A stretch of 64,000 bases of DNA from an uncultured Lachnospiraceae bacterium (GTDB lineage: Bacteria; Bacillota; Clostridia; Lachnospirales; Lachnospiraceae). A program made the position numbers and the translations under genes. Under the pieces are notes generated by a model. It was not told the DNA's origin. It did not search any database and was given only the letters and a program-made list of their open reading frames with translations. Below, piece by piece: positions 47,527 through 58,227 of this stretch (positions are counted from its first letter, which is position 1; each line of letters starts with the position of its first letter). Location: positions 8,705 through 72,704 of the forward strand of contig ONDV01000006.1 of NCBI GenBank assembly GCA_900316665.1, written 5' to 3'.

Positions 47527-48377
47527 TGGATCCTATTACAATGAAACTTCAGGCGGATAAGCTTATCATGATGGCGCTTGAGGAGGACATCTCAAGTGAG
47601 GATGTCACGACAAATTCAATAATGAAAGATTATGTAAAAGGCACGGTAGATCTTATTGTAAAGGAAGATGGAATACTGTGCGGTCTGGATATATTCGCAA
47701 GAGTCTTTGAGCTTCTGGATCCGGATACAGAGATAATCAGATCGAAAAAAGACGGTGATCATGTCCATAAGGGAGACAAAGCTGCTGTTGTAAACGGAGA
47801 CATAAGGGTTCTTCTGTCAGGAGAAAGGACAGCTTTAAATTTTCTCCAGAGGATGTCGGGAATCGCGACATATACTCATGAATCCGCAAAGCTTCTTGAC
47901 GGGACTCATACAAAGCTTCTGGATACGAGAAAAACTACTCCGAACATGAGGCTTTTTGAAAAATACGCGGTGCGTATCGGAGGCGGATACAATCACAGAT
48001 ATAATCTCTCGGACGGAGTGCTTTTGAAGGACAATCACATAGGAGCTGCCGGAGGTGTGAAGGAAGCTGTGAAGGCGGCAAAGGAGTATGCTCCTTTTGT
48101 CAGAAAAATCGAAATAGAAGTAGAGAACCTTGACATGGTAAGAGAGGCTGTTGAGGCCGGCGCCGATATTATCATGCTTGACAATATGGATCACGATACC
48201 ATGAAGGAGGCTGTGTCTATTATTGCCGGCAGAGCACAGACTGAGGTTTCCGGCAATATAACCCGTGAGAATATAAGATCCATAGCGGACCTCGGCGTAG
48301 ACTATGTATCAAGCGGGGCTCTGACTCATTCAGCTCCCATACTTGATCTGTCTTTGAAGCATTTAAGAGCTTTATGA
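47526..48377 (+). CDS. nadC: Nicotinate-nucleotide diphosphorylase (carboxylating)
   Basis: EDVTT, ERTALN, DTRKTTP, NHRYNLSD, LKDNH, IMLDN, LTHS. Confidence 0.97.
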   Translation: MDPITMKLQADKLIMMALEEDISSEDVTTNSIMKDYVKGTVDLIVKEDGILCGLDIFARVFELLDPDTEIIRSKKDGDHVHKGDKAAVVNGDIRVLLSGERTALNFLQRMSGIATYTHESAKLLDGTHTKLLDTRKTTPNMRLFEKYAVRIGGGYNHRYNLSDGVLLKDNHIGAAGGVKEAVKAAKEYAPFVRKIEIEVENLDMVREAVEAGADIIMLDNMDHDTMKEAVSIIAGRAQTEVSGNITRENIRSIADLGVDYVSSGALTHSAPILDLSLKHLRAL

Positions 48378-48378
48378 T

Positions 48379-49479
48379 ATGAAAAAGAAGAGCAGGTTAA
48401 AGGCTCTCATCATCCTGCTGGTTCTGTCGATCGCCTTTCTTGTATTTACAGCAGTGGTTTCGGGAATTCAATCCGGCAGCTTCAGAGCGCTTGCCGGATA
48501 CCTTTTTTTGCGGTCTGATACAGAGGAAGAAAATCAGGACAAAATCGCTGATGGTTCTGTCTCTTCTATTGATAATAAAATTAGCCGGATGCGGTTATAT
48601 ATTGACAGATCTATTCTGGATGACGGCAGCAGGACTGATTATCTTGATAAACTTGAAGCATATAAGAATAAAAAAGTTGCGGGCAAGATTACAGAAAGCG
48701 ATAAGACTTCGATTCAAAAGCTTTATCTTGAATTAGAAGGAAAGTATAAGTCATCGAAAAAGGAGACGGAAAATTATTACACAAAAGTAGCGTCAGAGAA
48801 TAATAAGACGGGTATGGATTCTGCTTGCAGATCGGCTATAGAATCTCTGACGTCTGAATATGTGAGCGCTATGTCTGACGGCGATTACAGGACGGCTTAT
48901 GACAAGGTGGCTGCCATAGAACATACAATAGCAGAGCAGGCAAATGCTTATGTGTCTCTTGATGTAAAAAACATTGAGCAATATCCCGAGCTTCCGACCG
49001 GCTGCGAGTCAGTTTCTGCTACCATACTTTTAAATTATTACGGGATGAATCTTAATAAGACTGATATTGCTGATAAATATCTTGCATATTCTGATGATCC
49101 GGACAAGGGATTTGCCGGAGGGTCTCCGCATGAAGAGGCCGGAGGAAGGGGTTACTGGTGCAATGCAGGACCGATTGCGGATGCAATGAAAAAAGCGGTA
49201 AAAGATCATGGAGCTTCTCTTCGCATCGTTAATATTACCGGCGAATCATTTGACGGACTGCTTTTATATGTGAGGTCAGGTCATCCTGTAATTATGTGGG
49301 GGCTTACTGATATGAACGGTTCACACCACACTCTGGTGCTTACCGGTTATGACATAAAACGCGGCGTATGCAGTTTTGCGGATCCCATGAAAAAAGGAAT
49401 AACGGAATATCCCATTTCGGCATGCAGGAGAGCTTACGATAAGATGGGAAAGCAGGGAATTATAGTAGAAGAAAAATAA
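48379..49479 (+). CDS. Membrane-anchored C39-like peptidase
   Basis: N-terminal TM helix; QYPELPTGCE catalytic Cys, HTLVLTGYD, ADP. Confidence 0.82.
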   Translation: MKKKSRLKALIILLVLSIAFLVFTAVVSGIQSGSFRALAGYLFLRSDTEEENQDKIADGSVSSIDNKISRMRLYIDRSILDDGSRTDYLDKLEAYKNKKVAGKITESDKTSIQKLYLELEGKYKSSKKETENYYTKVASENNKTGMDSACRSAIESLTSEYVSAMSDGDYRTAYDKVAAIEHTIAEQANAYVSLDVKNIEQYPELPTGCESVSATILLNYYGMNLNKTDIADKYLAYSDDPDKGFAGGSPHEEAGGRGYWCNAGPIADAMKKAVKDHGASLRIVNITGESFDGLLLYVRSGHPVIMWGLTDMNGSHHTLVLTGYDIKRGVCSFADPMKKGITEYPISACRRAYDKMGKQGIIVEEK

Positions 49480-49498
49480 TTAACCGCTTACTCCCTGA

Positions 49499-49527
49499 TT
49501 GACTTCATGAAGTTAACGTGATATTGT
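49499..49527 (+). promoter_or_regulatory. Sigma-A promoter for ABC transporter operon
   Basis: TTGACT-17 nt-TATTGT upstream of AGGAGG RBS. Confidence 0.6.
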
Positions 49528-49572
49528 CTGAAAGTATATGCATAAACATTCAGGAATAAGAGGAGGCATATT

Positions 49573-50559
49573 ATGAAAAAGAGAATACTTGCTGCCGGAC
49601 TGGCAGCGGCAGTTTTTGCCACATCGCTTACAGCTTGCGGAAGTTCTTCCAAGAGCGGATCGGAAAAGAAAAGCGGCAAGACTTATAAGATAGGTGTATG
49701 CCAGCTGGTTCAGCACCCGGCTCTTGACGCAGCCACAAAGGGATTCAAGGATGAATTAAAGAAAAAGCTTGGAGGAAATGTAAAAATCGATGTCCAGAAC
49801 GCATCAGGTGATTCCGCTACCTGCGCGACCATCTGCAACGGATTCGTGACAGCCGGAGATGATCTTATCATGGCAAATGCCACAGCGTCTCTCCAGGCGG
49901 CATCTTCTGCTACAAGCAAAATTCCTGTAGTGGGAACATCGATCACCGATTATGCGTCCGCTCTCAATATCTCCGACTGGAAGGGTACGACCGGCAAGAA
50001 TGTGACAGGTACATCTGACCTTGCTCCTCTTGATAAGCAGGCTGATATGTTTTCAGAGCTTCTGCCTGATGCAAAGAAGATAGGTATCCTTTACTGCTCA
50101 GCTGAGTCAAATTCAAAATATCAGGCAAATGTAGTAAAGAAGGCTCTGGAGAAAAAAGGACTCACAGTAAAGGCTTATACTTTCTCGGATACCAATGATG
50201 TGTCTACTGTTACAAAGAGCGCATGCCAGAATGAGGACGCGCTTTATATTCCTACTGATAATACAGCAGCGTCATGTGCCGAGAATATCAAGAACGTGGT
50301 AGTCCCGGCAAAGATTCCAGTGATCGCAGGTGAAGAGGGTATCGCCAAGTCCTGCGGAATCGCTACTCTTTCAATAGATTATTATGAACTTGGAAAAGAG
50401 ACAGGCGACATGGCATACGATATTCTTGTAAACGGAAAGGATCCGTCAAAGATGGAAATAAAGACCGCTCCTTCCGTCACAAAGGAATATAATAAGGAAT
50501 TATCAGACGCTCTTGGAATCAAGATACCGTCTGATTACAAGGAAATCAAGGCTGACTGA
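49573..50559 (+). CDS. ABC transporter substrate-binding lipoprotein (ABC_sub_bind family, probably aromatic amino acid)
   Basis: Lipobox LTAC; QLVQHPALD, NVTGTSD, YIPTDN. Confidence 0.88.
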   Translation: MKKRILAAGLAAAVFATSLTACGSSSKSGSEKKSGKTYKIGVCQLVQHPALDAATKGFKDELKKKLGGNVKIDVQNASGDSATCATICNGFVTAGDDLIMANATASLQAASSATSKIPVVGTSITDYASALNISDWKGTTGKNVTGTSDLAPLDKQADMFSELLPDAKKIGILYCSAESNSKYQANVVKKALEKKGLTVKAYTFSDTNDVSTVTKSACQNEDALYIPTDNTAASCAENIKNVVVPAKIPVIAGEEGIAKSCGIATLSIDYYELGKETGDMAYDILVNGKDPSKMEIKTAPSVTKEYNKELSDALGIKIPSDYKEIKAD

Positions 50560-50591
50560 CAGAAGCCGGCTTTTAAGAAAAGAGGATATTT

Positions 50592-51500
50592 ATGGCATCT
50601 TTCCTGGGAATGCTGCCCGGAGACATAGCGCAGGGACTTATATGGGGCATAATGGCTCTCGGAGTCTTCATGACCTTCAAACTTTTGAACTTTCCTGATA
50701 TGACTGTAGACGGTACTTTCGCGACGGGCGGAGCCGTGACAGTCATGCTGATACTGTCGGGAGTACCTGTGCCGGTCGCTCTGCTTATCGCATTTGCCGC
50801 CGGAATCGGAGCAGGTCTCATCACAGGATTTCTGCATACGGTATTTGGCATACCGGATATACTTGCAGGAATACTTACTCAGTTTGCGCTCTATTCGATA
50901 AATCTCCATATAATGGGAGGCGCCAACAAGGCGCTGTCGGTAGATAATTTTCATGTGATAGTATCGCTTCGGTACATACCGAAGACAATAATAACAGCCA
51001 TCATTTTCGATGTATGCGTGATGATTCTTATGTACATATACTTCGGTACCGAACAGGGAAGCGCCATAAGAGCGACCGGAAGCAATCCTCATATGTCACT
51101 TGCACAGGGAATCAATACAGGAGCAATGAAGGTTATAGCTCTTGCTCTTTCAAACGGACTGGTCGCACTCTCCGGCGGCCTCATAGCCCAGTATCAGGGA
51201 TTTTCAGATATCAATATGGGACGCGGTTCCATCGTTATAGGACTTGCTGCTGTAATAATAGGCGATGTGATTGGAAATGCTCTTTTCGGAAAAAAGATGA
51301 ATTTCATGCTGAGAATGGGATTCGTTGTAGCAGGAGCCATTATTTATTACCTGATATACGGAGTGGTTCTCTGGTTCAAGGTACCGTCCGAGGACATGAA
51401 GCTGATCTCGTCTGTTATAGTGGCAGTATTTATGGCAGTTCCATATCTGAAGGAAAAAGCGGCTCATCCTTATCGTTCATCTAATAAGGAGGTCAAATAA
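50592..51500 (+). CDS. ABC transporter permease
   Basis: PDMTVDGTF, ILAGILT, RATGSN, DINMGRG. Confidence 0.9.
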   Translation: MASFLGMLPGDIAQGLIWGIMALGVFMTFKLLNFPDMTVDGTFATGGAVTVMLILSGVPVPVALLIAFAAGIGAGLITGFLHTVFGIPDILAGILTQFALYSINLHIMGGANKALSVDNFHVIVSLRYIPKTIITAIIFDVCVMILMYIYFGTEQGSAIRATGSNPHMSLAQGINTGAMKVIALALSNGLVALSGGLIAQYQGFSDINMGRGSIVIGLAAVIIGDVIGNALFGKKMNFMLRMGFVVAGAIIYYLIYGVVLWFKVPSEDMKLISSVIVAVFMAVPYLKEKAAHPYRSSNKEVK

Positions 51501-52298
51501 ATGCTTCGTGTGAGTGATATCAAAAAGACTTTCAATCCCGGTACGGTCAATGAGAAGAAGGCGCTCCGAGGCGTCTCTATTGATTTGAATGACGGTGATT
51601 TTGTAACTGTCATAGGAGGAAACGGAGCAGGCAAGTCTACTTTCTTAAATGCTCTGGCCGGTGTGTGGCCGGTGGATACAGGTTCCATAGTTCTTGACGG
51701 AGTTGATGTGACAGCTCTCTCCGAATACAAGAGGGCGAAATATCTTGGACGGGTATTTCAGGATCCCATGAACGGAACGGCTGCTGACATGGAAATAATT
51801 GAGAATATGGCACTGGCTGCCAGAAGAGGAAAGCGCAGGTCATGCTTCAGATGGGGTGTGACAAAGTCTGAGAAAGAGCATTTTAAAAATGCCCTTGCCA
51901 CTCTGAACCTGGGACTTGAGGACAGGCTGACGGCCAAGGTCGGGCTTTTGTCCGGAGGGCAGCGACAGGCTCTGACACTTCTGATGGCGACCCTGCAGAA
52001 GCCGAAACTGCTGCTTCTCGATGAGCATACGGCGGCGCTTGATCCCAAGACCGCAGCAAAAGTGCTTGAGACAACAGACAGGATAGTGTCTGAAAATCAT
52101 CTGACAACACTTATGGTCACTCATAATATGCATGATGCCATCGTTCATGGCAACAGACTTATTATGATGAACGAAGGAAAGATCATATTCGACATCTCAG
52201 GAGAAGAGAAGGCAGGTCTTACGATAGAAGATCTGCTGCAGAAATTCGAAGAGGTGTCCGGAGAAGAATTTACAAGCGATAAAGCAATTTTGTCTTAA
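51501..52298 (+). CDS. ABC transporter ATP-binding protein
   Basis: GGNGAGKST, LSGGQRQ, LLLDEHTAALDP. Confidence 0.93.
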   Translation: MLRVSDIKKTFNPGTVNEKKALRGVSIDLNDGDFVTVIGGNGAGKSTFLNALAGVWPVDTGSIVLDGVDVTALSEYKRAKYLGRVFQDPMNGTAADMEIIENMALAARRGKRRSCFRWGVTKSEKEHFKNALATLNLGLEDRLTAKVGLLSGGQRQALTLLMATLQKPKLLLLDEHTAALDPKTAAKVLETTDRIVSENHLTTLMVTHNMHDAIVHGNRLIMMNEGKIIFDISGEEKAGLTIEDLLQKFEEVSGEEFTSDKAILS

Positions 52299-52308
52299 GG
52301 AGGACCAA

Positions 52309-53070
52309 ATGAAAAATTTCAAGAAAATAGCAGGACTTGCACTTGCTGCCGCTCTTGCGGTGGGAACACTCACATCATGCAAGGCCGGATCCGGCAGCAA
52401 GCTGATCATGGCTACAAACGCGACATTCCCGCCCTATGAGTATGTCGACGGCAAGACCATGAAGGGAATAGATATTGACATTGCAAATGCTCTTGCAAAG
52501 AAGATGGGCAAGAAACTGGAGATCGAGGATGTGGAATTTGATTCCATCATCGCCGGTGTATCCCAGGGCAAGTATGATTTCGGTATGGCAGGAATGACAG
52601 TCACCCCGGACAGAAAGAAAAATGTCGATTTTACAGACAGCTATGCCAATGCGGTTCAGTCTGTAATTGTAGCTGAAGATTCGCCGATAAAGAGCGTAGA
52701 TGATATCTCATCCAAGAACAAGATCGGTGTCCAGCAGGGAACGACCGGCGATATTTACGCTTCAGATTCTCCCAAAAACGGCGGATACGGTGAAGATGCA
52801 GTCGTGAAATACAAGAGCGGTCCCGATGCAGTGGAAGCACTTAAGCAGGGCAAGGTAGACTGTGTCATCATTGATAACGAGCCGGCAAAGGCATATGTAA
52901 AGGCAAATAAAGGACTAAAGATCTTAGACAGCGCTTATGCCAATGAAAAGTACGCCATCTGCGTGAAGAAGGGCAATGACTCGCTTAGAAAAGACCTCAA
53001 CAAGGCTCTTAAGGAACTGAAGGATGACGGCACTATAGATTCTATAGTATCTAAATATATCAAGGAATGA
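52309..53070 (+). CDS. Polar amino acid ABC transporter substrate-binding lipoprotein (SBP family 3)
   Basis: Lipobox LTSC; TNATFPPYEY, GIDIDIA, IGVQQGTTG. Confidence 0.92.
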   Translation: MKNFKKIAGLALAAALAVGTLTSCKAGSGSKLIMATNATFPPYEYVDGKTMKGIDIDIANALAKKMGKKLEIEDVEFDSIIAGVSQGKYDFGMAGMTVTPDRKKNVDFTDSYANAVQSVIVAEDSPIKSVDDISSKNKIGVQQGTTGDIYASDSPKNGGYGEDAVVKYKSGPDAVEALKQGKVDCVIIDNEPAKAYVKANKGLKILDSAYANEKYAICVKKGNDSLRKDLNKALKELKDDGTIDSIVSKYIKE

Positions 53071-53074
53071 GAAA

Positions 53075-53794
53075 ATGTCATTTAAGGATAGCTTTTCGCA
53101 GGCGTTCCTGCAGAAAGACCGCTGGCAGCTTTTGCTGAAAGGTTTCGGGAATACAATAATCATCACACTGGCCGCCGCGGTTTTAGGAATTATCATAGGT
53201 ATCGTCGCGGGCGCGGTAAGAGCCGCTTATGACAAGAACATAGAGAGGATGCGCCGCAGAAAGAACGCATCATATTATATTCTGTCATTTTTTAACTTTA
53301 TATTCAAAATCTACATCACGATAATAAGAGGCACTCCTACCGTAGTCCAGCTCCTTATCTGCTATTTCATGATTTTCAGTTCATGGAGAAACGGGATCCC
53401 TGTCGCCATGTTTGCTTTCGGTCTGAATTCCGGAGCTTATGTCGCTGAAATAATAAGAGGCGGTATAATGTCTATAGACGAGGGACAGTTTGAAGCCGGA
53501 AGATCACTCGGATTCAACTATACTCAGACCATGAGATATATTATTGTGCCTCAGGTAATAAAGGATGTGCTGCCGGCTCTTATGAACGAGTTCATCACTC
53601 TCTTCAAGGAGACATCCATAGCCGGATATGTCGGAATAAGAGATCTGACAAAGGCCGGAGACATAATAAGAGCGACGACATTGCAGGTATATCTGCCGCT
53701 CCTTATAGTAGCAGCCATGTATCTTATTATTGTACTTTTGATGACATATATTGAGGGCAAAGTGGAGAGGAGGCTCCGGGCAAATGAAAGATGA
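53075..53794 (+). CDS. Polar amino acid ABC transporter permease
   Basis: [27 protein letters not shown]. Confidence 0.93.
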   Translation: MSFKDSFSQAFLQKDRWQLLLKGFGNTIIITLAAAVLGIIIGIVAGAVRAAYDKNIERMRRRKNASYYILSFFNFIFKIYITIIRGTPTVVQLLICYFMIFSSWRNGIPVAMFAFGLNSGAYVAEIIRGGIMSIDEGQFEAGRSLGFNYTQTMRYIIVPQVIKDVLPALMNEFITLFKETSIAGYVGIRDLTKAGDIIRATTLQVYLPLLIVAAMYLIIVLLMTYIEGKVERRLRANER

Positions 53795-54527
53795 GCATCT
53801 GATCCATGTCGAAAATCTGAAGAAGCATTATCTTGAAGGAAAGATCCACGCCCTTGACGGGGTATCGCTCGACATTGATAAGGGAGAAGTGGTTGTAATA
53901 ATCGGCCCATCAGGCTCCGGAAAATCAACCTTGCTTCGTTCCTTAAACCTTCTCGAGCTGCCGACTTCCGGAAACATATTTGTAGATGGCGTAGATATCA
54001 CTGATTCCAGGGTTGACATAAATCTTCACCGCCAAAAGATGGGCATGGTTTTCCAGCACTTCAATCTCTTTCCCAATATGACAGTGCTTCGTAACATGAC
54101 CCTGGCGCCTGAGGTACTTCTTAAGAAACCGCACGATGAGGCGGAAAAGAAAGCGCATGAACTTCTAAAAAAAGTAAATCTGGATGACAGAGCGGACACT
54201 TATCCCGCTCAGCTGTCAGGCGGACAGCAGCAGAGAATTGCCATTGTAAGGGCGCTCTGCATGGATCCTGAGATAATGCTTTTTGACGAGCCCACATCGG
54301 CTCTGGATCCTGAAATGGTCGGAGAGGTACTTGAAGTGATGAAGAGTCTGGCAGGAGACGGCATGACCATGGCTGTTGTGACTCATGAGATGGGATTTGC
54401 CAGAGAAGTGGCAGACCGTGTGGTCTTCATGGCGGACGGAAAGATATTGGAGACCGGTACGCCGGAGGATATATTTGATCATCCGAAGAATGACCGTCTT
54501 AAGAATTTCCTGGCAAAGATCTTATGA
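53784..54527 (+). CDS. Polar amino acid ABC transporter ATPase (GlnQ-like)
   Basis: [35 protein letters not shown]; start taken at ATG 53784. Confidence 0.94.
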   Translation: MKDEHLIHVENLKKHYLEGKIHALDGVSLDIDKGEVVVIIGPSGSGKSTLLRSLNLLELPTSGNIFVDGVDITDSRVDINLHRQKMGMVFQHFNLFPNMTVLRNMTLAPEVLLKKPHDEAEKKAHELLKKVNLDDRADTYPAQLSGGQQQRIAIVRALCMDPEIMLFDEPTSALDPEMVGEVLEVMKSLAGDGMTMAVVTHEMGFAREVADRVVFMADGKILETGTPEDIFDHPKNDRLKNFLAKIL

Positions 54528-54543
54528 TATGAGTGGAGGAATT

Positions 54544-56073
54544 ATGACTACAGCTCAGATTGGAATTACAATAGCGATTATCGCCTACATGGCGATAATC
54601 ATTTATATAGGCGTCAGATTCTCAAAAAGAAACAGGAGTTCAGACGATTTCTATCTGGGAGGAAGGACACTTGGACCAATTGTCACGGCTATGAGCGCCG
54701 AGGCGTCAGATATGTCAAGCTGGCTTCTGATGGGGCTGCCCGGACTTGCATTTATAAGCGGTATTGCATCGCCTTTCTGGACGGCGCTTGGACTGGGAAT
54801 AGGAACATACCTTAACTGGCTCATTGTAGCCAAGAGATTGAGAAGATATTCCGAGAGAATAAAAGCGATAACCATTCCTAATTTCTTCGAGAAAAGATTT
54901 CACGATAAAACAGGTCTTCTCGTAGGAATATCCGCTATCTGGATCCTTATTTTTTTCGTTCCCTATACCGCAAGCGGTTTTTCAGCATGCGGAAAGCTGT
55001 TTTCTAAATTATTCAATGTACCCTACTTTCCGGCAATGGTTATAAGCGCAATTGTCATTGTCTTCTATACAATGCTCGGTGGATTTCTCGCGGCGTCATT
55101 TACAGACCTGATCCAGTCTATAGTTATGACGGCAGCACTTTTCATAGTGATATTCTATGGAATTATGAGAGCCGGAGGCTGGGACAATGTGATGGCATCT
55201 GCTGAAAGCGTAAAGGGATATTTAAGCCTTACCATGACAGCTGATGTCGCGAACAAGACGTCAGCTCCTTATTCGTTTCTTACGATTGTTTCAACCCTTG
55301 CCTGGGGTCTCGGATATTTCGGAATGCCGCACATTCTCCTTAGATTCATGGCTATAAGGGATGATAAAAAAATAAAGCTGTCAAGAAGGATCGCCACGAT
55401 CTGGGTATTTATATCAATGGGAGCGGCAATTCTTATTGGCCTTATAGGATATGCTATGTCTCAAGAGGGCGTTATTGACAGCTTCGCAAATTCATCAGAA
55501 GCTGAAAATACTGTAGTTGAGATAGCAAATATTCTCAGTAAGCATGGAATAATAACAGCCCTTATAGCAGGAGTAATACTTGCCGGCATCCTGGCCTGCA
55601 CCATGTCTACTGCAGATTCACAGCTCCTGGCTGCGTCGTCTTCTTTCTCACAAAATCTCCTTGTCGATGTATTCCATCTGAAGCTATCCGAGAAACAGAA
55701 AGTCAGACTCGCCAGAATTACAGTGCTTGTAATAGCTGCAATCTCGATTGTCATAGCAAGAGATCCCGGCAGTTCCGTCTTTAAGATCGTCAGCTTCGCA
55801 TGGGCAGGCTTCGGCGCTTCTTTCGGTCCCGTTATGCTTCTGGCACTTTTTTGGAGACGGGCAAACAGGCATGGAGCTCTGGCAGGAATGCTCTCCGGTG
55901 GTATAATGATATTTATCTGGAAATTCTTCATCCGTCCGCTCGGAGGAAACTGGGATATATATGAACTCCTCCCGGCTTTCATTGTAAGTCTGGTCTTCAC
56001 AGTGATCGTGAGTCTTATCACACCTGCTCCATCAGCATCAGTCACCAAGGAATTTGATGATGTTCAGGCATAA
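54544..56073 (+). CDS. putP: Sodium/proline symporter
   Basis: SAEASDMSSWLLMGLPG, WGLGYFGMPHILLRFM, MSTADSQLL; ATG 54544 after GGAGGA. Confidence 0.93.
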   Translation: MTTAQIGITIAIIAYMAIIIYIGVRFSKRNRSSDDFYLGGRTLGPIVTAMSAEASDMSSWLLMGLPGLAFISGIASPFWTALGLGIGTYLNWLIVAKRLRRYSERIKAITIPNFFEKRFHDKTGLLVGISAIWILIFFVPYTASGFSACGKLFSKLFNVPYFPAMVISAIVIVFYTMLGGFLAASFTDLIQSIVMTAALFIVIFYGIMRAGGWDNVMASAESVKGYLSLTMTADVANKTSAPYSFLTIVSTLAWGLGYFGMPHILLRFMAIRDDKKIKLSRRIATIWVFISMGAAILIGLIGYAMSQEGVIDSFANSSEAENTVVEIANILSKHGIITALIAGVILAGILACTMSTADSQLLAASSSFSQNLLVDVFHLKLSEKQKVRLARITVLVIAAISIVIARDPGSSVFKIVSFAWAGFGASFGPVMLLALFWRRANRHGALAGMLSGGIMIFIWKFFIRPLGGNWDIYELLPAFIVSLVFTVIVSLITPAPSASVTKEFDDVQA

Positions 56074-56157
56074 ATGAAAGGCTGGCGGATTCCGAATGTT
56101 GAAAAGAATGAATCCATTTGAATGTAAGAAAAGTCAGATTTATCCTGAGGAAAAAGA

Positions 56158-58224
56158 ATGAACGATAACAACCAGAATAATCAAAATGGCAACAGACACC
56201 AGCAGCCGCTCATTATATTCATCCTGTTTACGATAATTGCCGTATTTATCACAAGCATGATATACAGCAATTCATCAAGCGGTCTGTCGGAATCAGTCAC
56301 CTATACGAAATTCTTAAAGATGGTGGAAAAGGGAGATGTAAAATCCGTCACTTTTACCGGCAACAGGATTGAGATAGAGCTGAAAAAGGACGCATCCGAG
56401 AGAGAAAAATCCAATAATTCAAATGCTGAAAATTATCTTACAAGGATGACAGGGCAGGAGATAGAAAAGACCTATTATACGACTTATATACAGGATGATG
56501 ACCTTCTGCCCCTGCTGAAGAAAAAGAACGTAATAATAAAGGCAAAGACTCAGGGAAATACAGGCGCTGTAATTCTGAATATCCTTTCCTTTGTCATACC
56601 TCTTGTGCTCTTCTGGGTATTAATAAGTGTGCTGATGAAGCGGATGGGCGGATCCGATGGTATGTTCGGAGTAGGGAAGTCCAACGCCAAGGTTTATGTT
56701 GAGAAATCCACCGGTGTTACCTTCAAGGATGTAGCCGGCCAGGACGAAGCTAAGGAGTCGCTGCAGGAAGTCGTTGATTTTCTTCATAATCCGAGAAAAT
56801 ACACAGAGATTGGAGCAAAGCTTCCAAAGGGAGCTCTTCTCGTGGGTCCTCCCGGAACAGGAAAGACTTTACTTGCAAAGGCTGTTGCAGGTGAGGCAGG
56901 AGTTCCTTTCTTCTCGCTTGCCGGATCTGATTTTGTAGAGATGTTTGTTGGAGTCGGAGCTTCAAGAGTTCGTGACCTCTTCAAGGAAGCTCAGAAGCAG
57001 GCTCCCTGCATCATATTTATTGATGAGATCGATGCAATAGGTAAGTCCAGAGATTCCCGTTACGGCGGAGGCAATGACGAGCGAGAGCAGACTCTGAACC
57101 AGCTTCTGGCCGAGATGGACGGATTCGATTCTTCAAAAGGCATATTGATCCTGGCGGCTACGAACAGACCTGAGGTTCTGGACAAGGCGCTTCTTCGTCC
57201 GGGACGGTTTGACAGAAGAATTATAGTAGACAGACCTGACCTTAAAGGCCGTGAGGAGACTCTGAAGGTTCATGCCAAAGATGTGCCCATGGACGATACC
57301 GTAGATCTTCACGCAATTGCTCTCGCATCAGCAGGACTGGTGGGAAGCGATCTTGCTAACATCATAAATGAAGCTGCGATCAATGCGGTAAAGAAAGGCA
57401 GAAAGTATGTAAATCAGGCGGATCTGTTTGATGCTTTTGAACTTGTGGCAGTAGGCGGCAAGGAAAAGAAAGACCGCGTTATGTCAGACAAAGAGAGAAA
57501 GATCGTCTCCTATCACGAGGTCGGTCATGCTCTCGTATCAGCTCTCCAGAGAAATTCTGAGCCTGTTCAGAAGATCACAATAGTTCCGCGTACAATGGGA
57601 GCGCTTGGATATACCCTGCAGACGCCTGAAGAAGAAAAATTCCTTCAGACCAAAGACGAGCTTCTTGCCAAAATCACTACTTTTATGGCGGGACGCGCAG
57701 CCGAAGAACTGATATTTGAATCGCCCACATCAGGCGCAGCCAATGATATAGAGCAGGCTACATCCATAGCCAGAAATATGGTTACCAGGTTCGGTATGTC
57801 GGATAAGTTTGGAATGATGGGACTCGCCACCGTAAAGAGCCAGTACCTGGAGGGAGCTGCCTCGATGGAATGTGCAGACCGTACGGCAGCTGATGTAGAC
57901 GGTGAGGTCAGGGAGATAATTGAGACAGCTCATAAGAAAGCCATTGACCTTTTAAAAGAAAACCGTGATATTCTTGATCATATTGCCGGATATCTTTACA
58001 GAAAAGAGACTATCACAGGTAAGGAATTCATGGATATCTTCAGAAGAATGAAGGGCATTCCTGAACCTGAATCAGAGAATGAGCTGTCCGGCTCCGACAG
58101 CAATGCAACTCAATCGATCGGTGAAGATACGATACTTCCGGACTCGGACGATTTCCTTGAAGGACAGAAAGAAGGAGAGAATACTGCTGAGAAAGGAAAT
58201 GATCAGGGCAGCGGTTCTTTATGA
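56158..58224 (+). CDS. ftsH: ATP-dependent zinc metalloprotease FtsH
   Basis: Two TM helices, [36 protein letters not shown]. Confidence 0.97.
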   Translation: MNDNNQNNQNGNRHQQPLIIFILFTIIAVFITSMIYSNSSSGLSESVTYTKFLKMVEKGDVKSVTFTGNRIEIELKKDASEREKSNNSNAENYLTRMTGQEIEKTYYTTYIQDDDLLPLLKKKNVIIKAKTQGNTGAVILNILSFVIPLVLFWVLISVLMKRMGGSDGMFGVGKSNAKVYVEKSTGVTFKDVAGQDEAKESLQEVVDFLHNPRKYTEIGAKLPKGALLVGPPGTGKTLLAKAVAGEAGVPFFSLAGSDFVEMFVGVGASRVRDLFKEAQKQAPCIIFIDEIDAIGKSRDSRYGGGNDEREQTLNQLLAEMDGFDSSKGILILAATNRPEVLDKALLRPGRFDRRIIVDRPDLKGREETLKVHAKDVPMDDTVDLHAIALASAGLVGSDLANIINEAAINAVKKGRKYVNQADLFDAFELVAVGGKEKKDRVMSDKERKIVSYHEVGHALVSALQRNSEPVQKITIVPRTMGALGYTLQTPEEEKFLQTKDELLAKITTFMAGRAAEELIFESPTSGAANDIEQATSIARNMVTRFGMSDKFGMMGLATVKSQYLEGAASMECADRTAADVDGEVREIIETAHKKAIDLLKENRDILDHIAGYLYRKETITGKEFMDIFRRMKGIPEPESENELSGSDSNATQSIGEDTILPDSDDFLEGQKEGENTAEKGNDQGSGSL

Positions 58225-58227
58225 TTT